A program made the translations under genes and the position numbers. A DNA stretch of 64,000 bases from Pelagibacteraceae bacterium AG-349-L23 (GTDB taxonomy: Bacteria; Pseudomonadota; Alphaproteobacteria; Pelagibacterales; Pelagibacteraceae): assembly GCA_003281045.1 (NCBI GenBank), contig QCDD01000001.1, positions 62,208 to 126,207 on the forward strand. The letters are read 5' to 3'. This document shows positions 48,025 to 58,907 of this stretch, one piece after another (position 1 is the stretch's first letter; each line of letters opens with the position of its first letter). The notes beneath the pieces were generated by a model. The model worked only from the letters and a program-made list of their open reading frames with translations. It made no database searches and was not told where the DNA came from.

Positions 48025-50694
48025 TTAAATCATATTTCGAAGAACGTATTGTAATATTCCTCCATTTTTATAATACTCTAGCTCATTTTTAGTATCTATT
48101 CTACAAAGTGCTTGGATTGTTTTAATCTCACCTGAAGCATACTTAATTTCTACTTTAACTTTATCAGAAGGATTAATTCCATTCTCAAGATTGATTATAC
48201 TAATCAATTCAGAACCAATTAATTTCAAATTTTTCCTATCAATATTATCAATAAATTGTAACGGCAAAATACCCATCCCAATTAAGTTAGATCTATGAAT
48301 TCTCTCAAAACTTTCAGCAATTACAGTCTTTACCCCTAAAAGCTTAGTTCCTTTCGCTGCCCAATCTCTTGATGAGCCAGTTCCATATTCTTTTCCACCG
48401 ATAACAACTAAATCTGTTCCTCTTTTTTTGTATTCAACAACTGCATCATAAATTGGCATCACTTTTTTTTCTGGGTAAAGCATTGTAAATCCACCTTCTG
48501 TGCCAGGTGCCATCTCATTTCTTATTCTAATATTAGCAAATGTTCCTCTCATCATTACTTCGTGATTTCCTCTTCTGGCACCATAAGAATTATAATCTTT
48601 AGGTAAAATTTGATGTTTCATAAAATATTCTCCTGTCGGGCTTTCCTTTTGGATGTTACCTGCAGGAGAGATATGATCTGTAGTTACCATATCGCCTAAA
48701 ATTAATAATGGACGAGCATCATGAATTTTTTTAAAACCTTCAGGTTGATCTGGAAGATTTTCAAAAAAAGGGGGTTTTTTTACATATGTAGAATTTTCTT
48801 CCCAATTATAGATACTACTTTTCTCTGTTTTAATTTGTTGCCATTGTTTTGGTCCTTCAGAAACATTTGAATATCTCTTCACAAACATTTCTGGGTTTAA
48901 AGATGATTTTAATACATCCTCAATTTCTTTATTTGATGGCCAAATATCTTTCATAAAAATATCTTTACCATCTTTATCTTTACCAAAGCTATCTTTATAC
49001 AAATCAAAATTCATATGACCGGCAAGAGCATAAGCAACGACTAACGGAGGTGAGGCAAGATAATTTGCTTTTATATGTGGAGAAATTCTACCCTCGAAAT
49101 TTCTATTGCCAGACAGTACCGAGACAGCATAGATATTTTCTTTTTGTATAGATTCAACAATCTCATCAGCTAATGGACCTGAATTTCCGATGCACGTGGT
49201 ACAACCATAACCAACTAGATGAAAACCAAGTTTATCTAAATAAGTATTCAAACCTGCTTTCTCCAGATAGTCTGTTACAACTTGTGATCCTGGTGCTAAT
49301 GAAGTTTTAACCCAAGGTTTTACCTCTAATCCTAATTCAACCGCTTTCTTGGCTAAGAGCCCTGCTCCAATTAAAACATTTGGATTAGAAGTGTTTGTAC
49401 AAGACGTAATTGCCGCAATTAAAATAGATCCATCTTTAATTGAATATTTCTTATCTTTAACTTTTGAAACTGAAAAATCTTTTTTACCAGTCACTTCAGA
49501 AAAACTTTTCTTAAAACTAGTTGAAGCATCAGTTAGTAAAACCTTATCTTGTGGTCTTTTCGGCCCTGAGATAGTAGGAACAATAGTTGTCATATCCAAA
49601 GTTAAAGTATCAGTAAAATCAATATCTTCACTAGACCACAAACCCTGAGCTTTCGCATATTCCTCAACTATTTTTATTGTCATTTCATCTCTGCCAGAAA
49701 ATTTTAGATATCTTAAAGTTTCTTCATCTATTGGAAAAAAACCACAAGTTGCTCCATACTCTGGAGCCATATTTGCAATTGTTGCACGATCAGCTAAAGT
49801 TAAATTCTTTAAACCATCGCCATAAAATTCTACAAACTTTCCAACCACACCCTTGTCTCTTAACATTTTAACAACTGTTAAAACTAAGTCTGTTGCAGTA
49901 GTACCCTCTGGCATTTTGTTTTTTACTTCAAAACCTATTACTTCAGGAATAAGCATTGAAATGGGCTGACCTAACATACCCGCTTCAGCTTCAATACCAC
50001 CTACTCCCCATCCTAAAACTGAAAGTCCATTAACCATAGTAGTATGACTATCAGTTCCTACCAATGTATCTGGAAAAAGATAATTTTGTCCTTCAAATTC
50101 TTCACTCCATACTACTTTGGATAAGTATTCTAAATTTACCTGATGACAAATTCCAGTTCCAGGGGGAACTATTCTAAAGTTGTTGAATGCTTGCTGACCC
50201 CATTTTAAAAAAGAATATCTCTCACCATTTCTATTAAATTCAATTTCAACATTTTTATCAAACGAATCTGCTTTAGCAGACTGATCAACTTGAACTGAAT
50301 GATCAATAACAAGATCAACTGCAGAAAGCGGATTAATTGTATTAGGATCTTTATTTTTTTCTTTCACAGCTTCTCTCATAGCTGCCAAGTCAGCCACCGC
50401 AGGAATTCCAGTGTAATCTTGTAGTAACACTCTTGCGGGTCGATAAGCAATTTCTGTTTTTGATTTTTTTGTTTTTAGCCAATTTTTAATTGCCTCAATT
50501 TGATTTTTTGTAACCGATATATCATCCTCATATCTTAACAAATTTTCTAACAAAACTTTAAGGGATTTTGGTAATTTAGAAATACCCTCCAAACCATTTT
50601 CTTCTGCTTTCTTTAATGAATAAAATTTAAATTTTTTATTATTTATTTCTATATCAGAAAGAGTTTTGTAAGAGTTAATTTTACCTGGTTTCAT
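48025..50694 (-). CDS. acnA: Aconitate hydratase A
   Basis: LQDYTG, DHSVQVD, GTDSHT, AITSCTNTSNP, GYGCTTCIGNSG, GSSRDWAAKG. Confidence 0.98.
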   Translation of the reverse strand: MKPGKINSYKTLSDIEINNKKFKFYSLKKAEENGLEGISKLPKSLKVLLENLLRYEDDISVTKNQIEAIKNWLKTKKSKTEIAYRPARVLLQDYTGIPAVADLAAMREAVKEKNKDPNTINPLSAVDLVIDHSVQVDQSAKADSFDKNVEIEFNRNGERYSFLKWGQQAFNNFRIVPPGTGICHQVNLEYLSKVVWSEEFEGQNYLFPDTLVGTDSHTTMVNGLSVLGWGVGGIEAEAGMLGQPISMLIPEVIGFEVKNKMPEGTTATDLVLTVVKMLRDKGVVGKFVEFYGDGLKNLTLADRATIANMAPEYGATCGFFPIDEETLRYLKFSGRDEMTIKIVEEYAKAQGLWSSEDIDFTDTLTLDMTTIVPTISGPKRPQDKVLLTDASTSFKKSFSEVTGKKDFSVSKVKDKKYSIKDGSILIAAITSCTNTSNPNVLIGAGLLAKKAVELGLEVKPWVKTSLAPGSQVVTDYLEKAGLNTYLDKLGFHLVGYGCTTCIGNSGPLADEIVESIQKENIYAVSVLSGNRNFEGRISPHIKANYLASPPLVVAYALAGHMNFDLYKDSFGKDKDGKDIFMKDIWPSNKEIEDVLKSSLNPEMFVKRYSNVSEGPKQWQQIKTEKSSIYNWEENSTYVKKPPFFENLPDQPEGFKKIHDARPLLILGDMVTTDHISPAGNIQKESPTGEYFMKHQILPKDYNSYGARRGNHEVMMRGTFANIRIRNEMAPGTEGGFTMLYPEKKVMPIYDAVVEYKKRGTDLVVIGGKEYGTGSSRDWAAKGTKLLGVKTVIAESFERIHRSNLIGMGILPLQFIDNIDRKNLKLIGSELISIINLENGINPSDKVKVEIKYASGEIKTIQALCRIDTKNELEYYKNGGILQYVLRNMI

Positions 50695-50698
50695 ATTT

Positions 50699-51289
50699 TT
50701 ATATATAAAATGTAATTATGCTTAATAAAAGAAGACCTGACATAACATAATTAAAGTACTTAATAAATTTATCATTTGTCGCAAATTTCCTCAAAAATTT
50801 ACCTACAAACGTCCACAAAGTAATACTTGTGACAGAAAATAGAAAAGCAAGAACAACTATTTGAGTCGCATAACTTATATAATTAATCCCTAATTCAACA
50901 TAAGTAGAGACAACAATAATTGCAACAGTGACACCTTTAGGATTTAAATATTGAAATAAAAAGGTTTCAATAAATTTTACAGGGTTTTCTTTATGAGTTT
51001 CATTAGAAGAGGTTGAAAACGCAATCTTATAAGCCAGATAAATTAAAAATAAAGTCCCAAGATATCTAATGACTATTTGAATGATTGGAAATAATTTAAA
51101 AACATTAATCAAACCTATCGATAAAAACAAAACTAATGAAGTGAATCCTAAAGTCACACCAAGAATATGAGGGATTGTTTTTTTTATCCCAAAATTAAAT
51201 CCAGAGTAAGACGCGACTACATTATTTGGACCCGGCGTATACGCTGTGACAAACCAAAATAAAGAAATTGATAATATTTCAGGATGCAT
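50699..51289 (-). CDS. LysE/RhtB family exporter
   Basis: TPGPNN and LNPKG motifs, six TM helices. Confidence 0.9.
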   Translation of the reverse strand: MHPEILSISLFWFVTAYTPGPNNVVASYSGFNFGIKKTIPHILGVTLGFTSLVLFLSIGLINVFKLFPIIQIVIRYLGTLFLIYLAYKIAFSTSSNETHKENPVKFIETFLFQYLNPKGVTVAIIVVSTYVELGINYISYATQIVVLAFLFSVTSITLWTFVGKFLRKFATNDKFIKYFNYVMSGLLLLSIITFYI

Positions 51290-51291
51290 AC

Positions 51292-51633
51292 TTAGGCTAT
51301 TGGAAGACCATTTTCTGATTGTTGAGATGGATGAACGAGAATCACTTTGCCTTCTTTATCTATTGAGCCTAAAATCAAAACTTGAGACACCACTCCAGCA
51401 ATATTTTTTTCAGGAAAATTACAAACTCCGATTACTTGTTTACCTTTTAAATTATCCTCATTATAATAATGAGTAATTTGTGCTGAAGATTGTTTAATTC
51501 CTATCTCTTTTCCAAAATCTACCTCAACTACTAAAGATGGTTTTCTTGCTTTCTCATTTTTTTTTACAGAAATTACTGTCCCTACTCGTATGTCAACTTT
51601 ATCAAATATATCGTATGTTATTTGTTCTTTCAT
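51292..51633 (-). CDS. csaA: CsaA-type tRNA-binding/export chaperone
   Basis: VDIRVGTV, SSAQIT, NFPEKNIAG, SQVLILG. Confidence 0.9.
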   Translation of the reverse strand: MKEQITYDIFDKVDIRVGTVISVKKNEKARKPSLVVEVDFGKEIGIKQSSAQITHYYNEDNLKGKQVIGVCNFPEKNIAGVVSQVLILGSIDKEGKVILVHPSQQSENGLPIA

Positions 51634-51662
51634 AAATTCAGTATATATATTAGTTATTATTC

Positions 51663-52854
51663 ATGAGTACAGAAATTAATACTGAAAAATTATATGAAAA
51701 TTGCATCAAAATTTTGACCGATTTAATCGGTTTCAAAACAATTTCTGGAGACGATAATAGTAATTTAATAAATTATTGTGAAGACTATCTTCACAAATTA
51801 GGTGCAACCTCATTTAAAACTTTTGATCAGGAAAAGAAAAGAGTTAATCTTTTTGCTACATTCAAGGCAAAAAAAACAAATGGAATAAAACCAATTATCT
51901 TATCTGGTCACACTGATACTGTTCCAGTCTCAAAAAGTTGGAGTACTGATCCTTTTAAAGCTACAATCAAAGATGATAAACTTTATGGCAGAGGTGCATG
52001 TGATATGAAAGGTTTTATCGCATGTGTTTTAGCTTATGCGCCAATTTATTCAAAGGTGGAATTAAATAGAGATATCCATTTTTCATTTACATTCGATGAA
52101 GAGACTGCTTGTCTTGGAGCGCCTATATTAATTGAGGAGTTAAAAAAAAGAAAAATTCAAGACGGCATATGTATAATTGGTGAGCCAACTAAAATGAAAA
52201 TTATAGATGCTCACAAAGGTTGTTATGAATATACAACTTATTTTGAAGGTTTAGCGGGTCATAGTTCAATGCCACATAAAGGGGTTAGTGCTGTTGAGTT
52301 TGCTTCACGTTACGCAAACAAACTCATCGAATTAAGACAGGACTTAAAAAAAAGAGCTCCTAAAGACTCGATATTTGATCCCCCTTTTTTCAACTTTGCA
52401 GGTGGGAGGAATATTTGGCGGCATAGCACACAATGTGATAGCTGATAAATGTTATATTGAATGGGAGACTAGACCTGTGGTTAAAGAAGATGGAGTTTTT
52501 TTAAATCAAGAAATAGACAAGTATGCTAATGAAATTTTATTACCAGAAATGAGAAAAGTATTTCCGAATTCAAAAATAATAAAAAAAATAATAGGTGAAG
52601 TAACTGGTTTTGATCGTGTTAAAAACTCTGAGGCATGTGAGTTAGTTTCAAGTTTGACTGGGGACAATTCGAGAGAGGTTGTTTCTTTTGGCACTGAAGC
52701 TGGCTTGTTTCAGGAAATCGGGATGAGTACTGTTGTTTGTGGTCCTGGTTCGATTGAACAAGCTCACAAAGTTGATGAATTTATTGAATTAAATGAAATT
52801 AAAAAATGTTTAAAATTTTTAGATGGTCTTCAAAAAAAATCTTCTTTAAATTAA
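51663..52854 (+). pseudogene. argE: Acetylornithine deacetylase (M20) split by a +1 frameshift
   Basis: SGHTDTV, GRGACDMKG, DEE, GEPT, GHSS in ORF 51663-52445; STLQVG..GGIAHNVI, FGTEAG, GPGSIEQAH in ORF 52375-52854; break at C5T6 (52380-52390). May be a sequencing error. Confidence 0.8.
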
Positions 52855-54284
52855 TTCCAGCCACCAACAGCTTTTACTTCTAAAAATTCCTCAAGACCAT
52901 GTTCACCAGCCTCTCTACCAATTCCAGAATGTTTAAAACCTCCAAATGGTGCATCTACAGCAATTCCAGCTCCATTTACGTCTACCATTCCTGATCTTAA
53001 CTTTCTCGCTACTCTTTTAACTTTTTCTTTGTCTTGCGTTTGAATGTAATTAGTCAATCCATAAGGAGTATCATTAGCAATCTTAATTGCTTCTTCTTCA
53101 TTTTCAAAAGGCATTACTGATAACACTGGACCAAAAATTTCTGTTCTTGCAACTTCCATATCATTTTTTACATCAACAAAAACTGTTGGTTTGACAAAGT
53201 ATCCTTTTTCAAATCCTTCCGGTTTACCAGCACCTCCTGCAACTAATTTTGCACCCTCATCTATACCCTTTTTAATTAAAGTTTGAATTTTGTTGTATTG
53301 GGTTTCAGAAATAACAGGACCTATATGCTCTCCTTCCTTCTTTGGATCACCAACTTCAAAATTTTCAGTATATTTTTTTAATCTTTCTACAGCTTCATTG
53401 TACATTGATTTTTCAACAAGCATTCTGGTTGGAGCATTACACGACTGACCAGAATTCCTGAAACATCTTAAAGCCCCTCTTTCAATAGCATCAGGATCAG
53501 CATCTTTAAAAATTATATTTGCTCCCTTTCCACCTAATTCTAGACTTACTCTTTTAAAATCTTTAGCTGCATTTTGTGAAATTAATGCTCCAGCTCGAGT
53601 AGAGCCTGTAAATGAAATCATGTTGACCTCAGGATGACTTGTTAGAGCATTACCAGTAGTTTCGCCATCTCCATTTACTAAATTAAATACTCCTGCAGGA
53701 AATTTTGTTTCATCAATTAACTCTGCTAGAATCATTGATGATAAAGGAGCAAGTTCAGATGGTTTTAAAATCATAGTACAACCAGAGGCTAAAGCTGGTG
53801 CAACTTTAAGACAAACTTGATTCATTGGCCAATTCCATGGCGTAATCAAAGCACACACTCCTTTAGGCTCATAAATTAATCTTTGATTAGGAGCATGTTC
53901 TCCCAGAGGTTTTTCAAATTCAAAATTTTTAAGATATCTAATAAATGATTTTAGATGTGCTGCACCTGTGCCTGCTTGTAGTTTTGTTGCAAAGTCTTTG
54001 GGAGCTCCCATTTCTGTGGTAATAGCTGCAGCAATATCTGCCCATCTTTTCTTATAATTTTCATACAATTTTTCTAATAATCTTATTCTTTCCTCTTTAG
54101 GGGAAAATGCCCAAGTGCTATAAGCTTTTTTCGCTGAACTTACTGCATGATCAATATCTTCTTTATTACCTAAAGAAATAACCGCACAATTTTCCTCTGT
54201 AGCAGGATTAATTACTTTTATTTCTTGTTTACTTTTAGGAGCAACCCATTTTCCATCTATGTAAAAATTTTTTTTATTTTCCAT
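52851..54284 (-). CDS. Aldehyde dehydrogenase
   Basis: ITPWNWP, LKPSE, FTGST, LELGGK, NSGQSC, EIFGPV, PFGGFK. Confidence 0.95.
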   Translation of the reverse strand: MENKKNFYIDGKWVAPKSKQEIKVINPATEENCAVISLGNKEDIDHAVSSAKKAYSTWAFSPKEERIRLLEKLYENYKKRWADIAAAITTEMGAPKDFATKLQAGTGAAHLKSFIRYLKNFEFEKPLGEHAPNQRLIYEPKGVCALITPWNWPMNQVCLKVAPALASGCTMILKPSELAPLSSMILAELIDETKFPAGVFNLVNGDGETTGNALTSHPEVNMISFTGSTRAGALISQNAAKDFKRVSLELGGKGANIIFKDADPDAIERGALRCFRNSGQSCNAPTRMLVEKSMYNEAVERLKKYTENFEVGDPKKEGEHIGPVISETQYNKIQTLIKKGIDEGAKLVAGGAGKPEGFEKGYFVKPTVFVDVKNDMEVARTEIFGPVLSVMPFENEEEAIKIANDTPYGLTNYIQTQDKEKVKRVARKLRSGMVDVNGAGIAVDAPFGGFKHSGIGREAGEHGLEEFLEVKAVGGWN

Positions 54285-54304
54285 ACCAGACTCCTAACCT
54301 TTCC

Positions 54305-55267
54305 TTATTTTTTTGCAAACAAATTAGTAAGTTCATAAACAATTGTTGCTGCAGCTAAAGATGTTACCTCCGCATGATCATATGCTGGGGATACTTCAAC
54401 TACATCTGCTGAAATTAAATTCATTCCTGACAAACCGCGAATTACATTAACCATTTCTCTTGAAGTCATTCCTGCAATTTCTGGTGTACCTGTTCCTGGG
54501 GCAAAAGCTGGGTCTAAAACATCTATATCGATTGATAAGTATAATGAATTATCGCCAACTCTTTTTTTAATTCTTTCAGCTATTTTATCAGTTCCCTCTG
54601 TTTGAAATTCATCACAATGAATTATTTTAAATCCAAAACTTTCATCATTTTTAATATCATCTCTACTATACAAAGGTCCTCTAATACCTACATGCATAGA
54701 GGCATCATCTAAAAATAAATTCTCTTCTCTTGCACGTCTAAATGGAGTTCCGTGAGTATAAGGTGCCCCAAAATAAGTATCCCATGTATCTAAATGAGCA
54801 TCAAAATGAACTAAAGCAACTGGGCCTTTATTAATTTTGTTAACTGCTTTTAACAAAGGAAATGCAATTGTATGGTCACCCCCTAAACTAATTATGCCTC
54901 CAGTTTTTTTCAGTAAATCTGTAGCACCTTCTTCAATTTGTTTGATCGCTTCATTAATATTAAAAGGATTACACGTAATATCTCCAGCATCAGCAACTTG
55001 TTGTACTTTAAATGGTTCTACATCATAACTTGGATGATAATTTGTTCTTAAGTGTCTTGAAGCTTGTCTAATGCTTTGAGGACCAAACCTTGCCCCTGGT
55101 CTATAACTTGTGCCTGCATCAAAAGGAATACCAACTATTGCAACATCACAATATTCAACATCTCTCAATTCTGGTAATCGTGCAAAAGTCGAGGGTCCAG
55201 CAAATCGTGGTACTTTGGTTCCACTTACTGGTTGGATTGGTTCCTTGGTACTTTTTTTTTTCATCAT
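54305..55267 (-). CDS. speB: Agmatinase / ureohydrolase
   Basis: GARFGP, GGDHT, HFDAHLD, SIDIDVLDPAFAPGTGTP. Confidence 0.88.
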   Translation of the reverse strand: MMKKKSTKEPIQPVSGTKVPRFAGPSTFARLPELRDVEYCDVAIVGIPFDAGTSYRPGARFGPQSIRQASRHLRTNYHPSYDVEPFKVQQVADAGDITCNPFNINEAIKQIEEGATDLLKKTGGIISLGGDHTIAFPLLKAVNKINKGPVALVHFDAHLDTWDTYFGAPYTHGTPFRRAREENLFLDDASMHVGIRGPLYSRDDIKNDESFGFKIIHCDEFQTEGTDKIAERIKKRVGDNSLYLSIDIDVLDPAFAPGTGTPEIAGMTSREMVNVIRGLSGMNLISADVVEVSPAYDHAEVTSLAAATIVYELTNLFAKK

Positions 55268-55317
55268 AAAACTCTATCACATTCTCACAATTTGGAATAT
55301 CTTCAATAATACTTATT

Positions 55318-56040
55318 ATGAAATTATTTAAGTTCATTTTATTATATTTATTTTTAATTTCCTCTGTGCAGGCAGATACGATTTATCAATTGATTAAGAT
55401 CCCAAATCTTGAAATTTATAATATTAAAACTTCCAATAGTCTTAGATATCTTTACGCCAAACAACCCTTTACGATTGGGGTGGATAACAATATTAATTGT
55501 TTTAAATCATCAAAACAAGATTTAGATCAAAAGTACGAAATTATAGAAAAAAATTTACAAAGATATTCTCGAAGTTTTTTAAAAAAAATAAATTTAAAAT
55601 ATATTGTTCTTTGTGAAGATTTATCAATTTCAGGAATTAATACTGCTGGAATACCTGACAATGTAATGAAAACTCTTATTGTTGATATTAAATTTAATAA
55701 TAAATATTTTGAAAGAGTATTACATCATGAAGTCTTTCATATAATCAATGATAGTTTTAAGGAAATTTTTAATGAAAAAACTTGGTCAAGTTTCAATTCA
55801 GATAGCTTTAATTATGCAAAATGTTCTACTTGCACAAAAAAAATAGGTCTTGATACTTATTCTAAAACCGATGGTTTTATTACTGAATATTCAAAATCAA
55901 CCGCTTCTGAAGATATGGCAGAAGTTTTTTCTCATTTAATGCATGGGAATTTACCAAAACAAATTGATCCTATTCTTCAAAAAAAGATAGATTTTATCAA
56001 ATCAGGTTTGCTTAAAATTGATCAAAGTTTCAATTTATGA
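55318..56040 (+). CDS. Exported putative zinc metallopeptidase
   Basis: Signal peptide (VQA-D), HEVFH (HExxH), YSKSTASEDMAE third-ligand motif. Confidence 0.7.
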   Translation: MKLFKFILLYLFLISSVQADTIYQLIKIPNLEIYNIKTSNSLRYLYAKQPFTIGVDNNINCFKSSKQDLDQKYEIIEKNLQRYSRSFLKKINLKYIVLCEDLSISGINTAGIPDNVMKTLIVDIKFNNKYFERVLHHEVFHIINDSFKEIFNEKTWSSFNSDSFNYAKCSTCTKKIGLDTYSKTDGFITEYSKSTASEDMAEVFSHLMHGNLPKQIDPILQKKIDFIKSGLLKIDQSFNL

Positions 56041-56684
56041 TTAAAAAAATTAAAGCTTCAAAGTCTGAAAAAATAATTTTTTTTTTCGTAATATCTTTAG
56101 CTATTTTTTCTCTAAGTTCTTTTTTTTTGATAAAAAATAAATGCTTATTTGTTAAGAATTATAATCCAGAAAAACTTTCTTTTGATAAGCCAAATAATAT
56201 CGCAATTTTAAATGTTGAATGTGGAAATGTAATAATCGAATTATATCCAAATATTTCTCCAAATTCAGTTGAAAGATTTAAAACATTGGTGAGATCTAAA
56301 GCTTACGACGATGTTGCATTTCATAGAGTGATTAAAGACAACCTTGTACAGGCAGGTGATTTGGAATTTGGTAAAAAAGGAAATATTGATTATGGAAAAA
56401 TCGGAACAGGACAATCAGGATTAGGAACCATAAACTCAGAAGTAGATGTCCCATTTAACTATGAAAGAGGAAGTGTAGGTCTTGCAAGAACACAAAAATA
56501 TAATACTGAAGATAGTCAATTTTTCATCACACTCAAAGATGAGCCATTATATGAGAGTGAATATACACCAATTGGGAAAGTGATTTATGGGATAGAAGCA
56601 CTAGAAAAAATTAAACATCAATACAAATCTGAATATGTTCTAAGGCCTGACTTTATAAATTCTATTAAAATGTTAGTTGACTAA
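56037..56684 (+). CDS. Cyclophilin-type peptidyl-prolyl isomerase, membrane anchored
   Basis: FHRVI, QAGD, GLAR, SQFFI, YTPIGKVIYG. Confidence 0.9.
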   Translation: MIKKIKASKSEKIIFFFVISLAIFSLSSFFLIKNKCLFVKNYNPEKLSFDKPNNIAILNVECGNVIIELYPNISPNSVERFKTLVRSKAYDDVAFHRVIKDNLVQAGDLEFGKKGNIDYGKIGTGQSGLGTINSEVDVPFNYERGSVGLARTQKYNTEDSQFFITLKDEPLYESEYTPIGKVIYGIEALEKIKHQYKSEYVLRPDFINSIKMLVD

Positions 56685-58895
56685 AGGTTTACCCGTAGCC
56701 AAGGTGTGTTTAATCCTGTCTTGAGTATTTTTAGTTTCAATTAATCTCATAAAAGCATCTAGCTCTAATTTAAATAAATCATCTTCTGTCAACACTTTAT
56801 CCATAGTCGTTTCTCCACCACTTAAGACGAAAGCTAATTCTTTTGCAACCTCTACCCCATGATCTAAAATTATTTTATCATTATAGAGTTTTTCTAAAAT
56901 TTTATTCATTTCTCCAATAACAGCTTTCCCAGGTAAGTTAAACTTAAGTTCGTTAGGTGCTTTAAAATCTTTGTTTTCATCTAAGATTTTTTTTGAAACT
57001 TCTAATAAACTATTTCTATTCATAATTTTTTTATTTTCAGGCAGTAAGTATTTCAATGGCTCAGCTTCAACAGGTGATGTTGCTGTTTTTCCATAGCCAA
57101 TGATATCAAAAACTTTTAATGGTGCATAATTTGGATCTTTTTTTGCCTGTTCTGTATCTAACCATCTAGCTAACATTTCTTTACAACCTCCACCAGCTGG
57201 AATTAAACCTACGATAGTTTCTACTAGGCCAATTACAATATTTGTATGAGAGGCAACAAAATTACTTTGTACTAAAACTTCAAATCCACCTCCTAAAGTA
57301 AGTCCTGATGGTGCAGATATAACTGGGTATTTAGAGTACTTAAGATGTTTACATGTTTCTTGGAAATATTTAATAAATTTCTCAATTGATTTAAAATCAT
57401 TTTTGTCAGCGAATTCCATTGTATAAGTTAAATTTACCCCAGCAGAAAATTGCATGCTTTCATTAATTATAATCAAAGGCTTGTCGGTTGCTTTCTTTAA
57501 TGCATCCATTGAGTCGTAATCTAATGCATTAGCTTTAGTAGTAAACTCAACTATATTATAATCATTGAATCTATAAATAGATGCTGAACTATTTCCATCT
57601 ACACTCGTTGCTGTTTTCTTAACCTTACCCAGAGTTTCTATTGATGTATATTTTTGCCTTTCACCATAAAAGTTTTCATTTTTTGTTTTACTTAAATTTT
57701 CTAAAAAATTATTTCCCTTAAAATTTTCAACTTTTTCGAAAAAGTTTTTAACGCCAATCTCCTCTAGCATTTCAAAGGGTCCTTTAGCCCAATTAAACCC
57801 TAACCTCATAGCCTCATCAATATCATTAAATTCTTTTGTTATTTCAGGAACTAATGATGAAGCATATTTAATAATCTTTTCTAATACTGACCAAGCATAT
57901 TCTCCATATTTATCATTCCTATTAATTAGACCTTTAAGGTCGACTTTGTCAGATTTTATGTCAATTTTTTTAGTTAGAGAATAATCTCCAGTTTGTAGAT
58001 TGATAGCCTCCATTACTTTGCCACTATCAGTTTTCTTCATTCTATAGAAACCACCTTTGCCCTTTCTACCTGTATATCCAGTTTCAATTAATTTTTTTAC
58101 TAAAGGAATTTCTTTTGCAACCTCATGAAATTCATCTGTTTTAGGTAACTCTTTGATAAAACTTTTTAAAACATCAGCCATTAGATCGATGCCAATTAAA
58201 TCATAAAGCCCAAAAACACCCGTTTTTGGAATACCCATTGGCCTGCCAAATATTGCATCCGCTTCCTCTACAGAAAGTTTCATTTTAAATGCTTCAGTCA
58301 TTGCTATTTGCATAGCGTAAACACCAACTCTGTTACCTAAAAAACCTGGGGTGTCATTACAAACGATGGCTCCTTTTCCAAGCTCAAGTTCACAAAATTC
58401 TTTTAATTGATTTATCTTATTTAAGTCATTGTCCTCATTTTTAACAATCTCCAAAAGACCCATATATCTAACCGGATTAAAAAAATGAGTTATACAAAAA
58501 TCTTTTTTTTGTTCTTTATTTAAATTTTGAGATAAAACTTTAATAGGTATTGAAGAAGTGTTGGAGGAAACAATCGCACCATCTTTTCTGCTGTTAAAAA
58601 TTTTTTTATAAATTTGGTGTTTGATATCAATTCTCTCCACTACTGCTTCAACAACCCAATCAGCTTGTTCAACAACTGAAAAGTCATCTTCAATATTTCC
58701 AACTTTAATATTTCTTATTTTTGATTTATCAATTAATAAAGGTGGTCTAGATTTGTGAATTCTTTCTCTGGCATTTTCACTTATTTCAGTTTTTAAATCT
58801 AAAAGAGTTACGGGTATATTTGCATTACACAAATGAGCTGCTATTCCACTGCCCATTGTTCCAGAACCTATCACAACTACATTCTTTATCTTCAT
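56673..58895 (-). CDS. 3-hydroxyacyl-CoA dehydrogenase / enoyl-CoA hydratase (FadN-like)
   Basis: GSGTMG, EAVVE, SNTS, HFFNPVRY, PGFLGNR; C-terminal FSAGVNL, LGGGFE, GLIPAGGG. Confidence 0.92.
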   Translation of the reverse strand: MKIKNVVVIGSGTMGSGIAAHLCNANIPVTLLDLKTEISENARERIHKSRPPLLIDKSKIRNIKVGNIEDDFSVVEQADWVVEAVVERIDIKHQIYKKIFNSRKDGAIVSSNTSSIPIKVLSQNLNKEQKKDFCITHFFNPVRYMGLLEIVKNEDNDLNKINQLKEFCELELGKGAIVCNDTPGFLGNRVGVYAMQIAMTEAFKMKLSVEEADAIFGRPMGIPKTGVFGLYDLIGIDLMADVLKSFIKELPKTDEFHEVAKEIPLVKKLIETGYTGRKGKGGFYRMKKTDSGKVMEAINLQTGDYSLTKKIDIKSDKVDLKGLINRNDKYGEYAWSVLEKIIKYASSLVPEITKEFNDIDEAMRLGFNWAKGPFEMLEEIGVKNFFEKVENFKGNNFLENLSKTKNENFYGERQKYTSIETLGKVKKTATSVDGNSSASIYRFNDYNIVEFTTKANALDYDSMDALKKATDKPLIIINESMQFSAGVNLTYTMEFADKNDFKSIEKFIKYFQETCKHLKYSKYPVISAPSGLTLGGGFEVLVQSNFVASHTNIVIGLVETIVGLIPAGGGCKEMLARWLDTEQAKKDPNYAPLKVFDIIGYGKTATSPVEAEPLKYLLPENKKIMNRNSLLEVSKKILDENKDFKAPNELKFNLPGKAVIGEMNKILEKLYNDKIILDHGVEVAKELAFVLSGGETTMDKVLTEDDLFKLELDAFMRLIETKNTQDRIKHTLATGKPLVN

Positions 58896-58907
58896 GAAAT
58901 TATTTTT

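Noticed and set aside
52382-52388. C CCT TTT heptamer as a programmed -1 frameshift site
   Set aside because: The downstream argE half is in the +1 frame, so a -1 shift would not restore the protein
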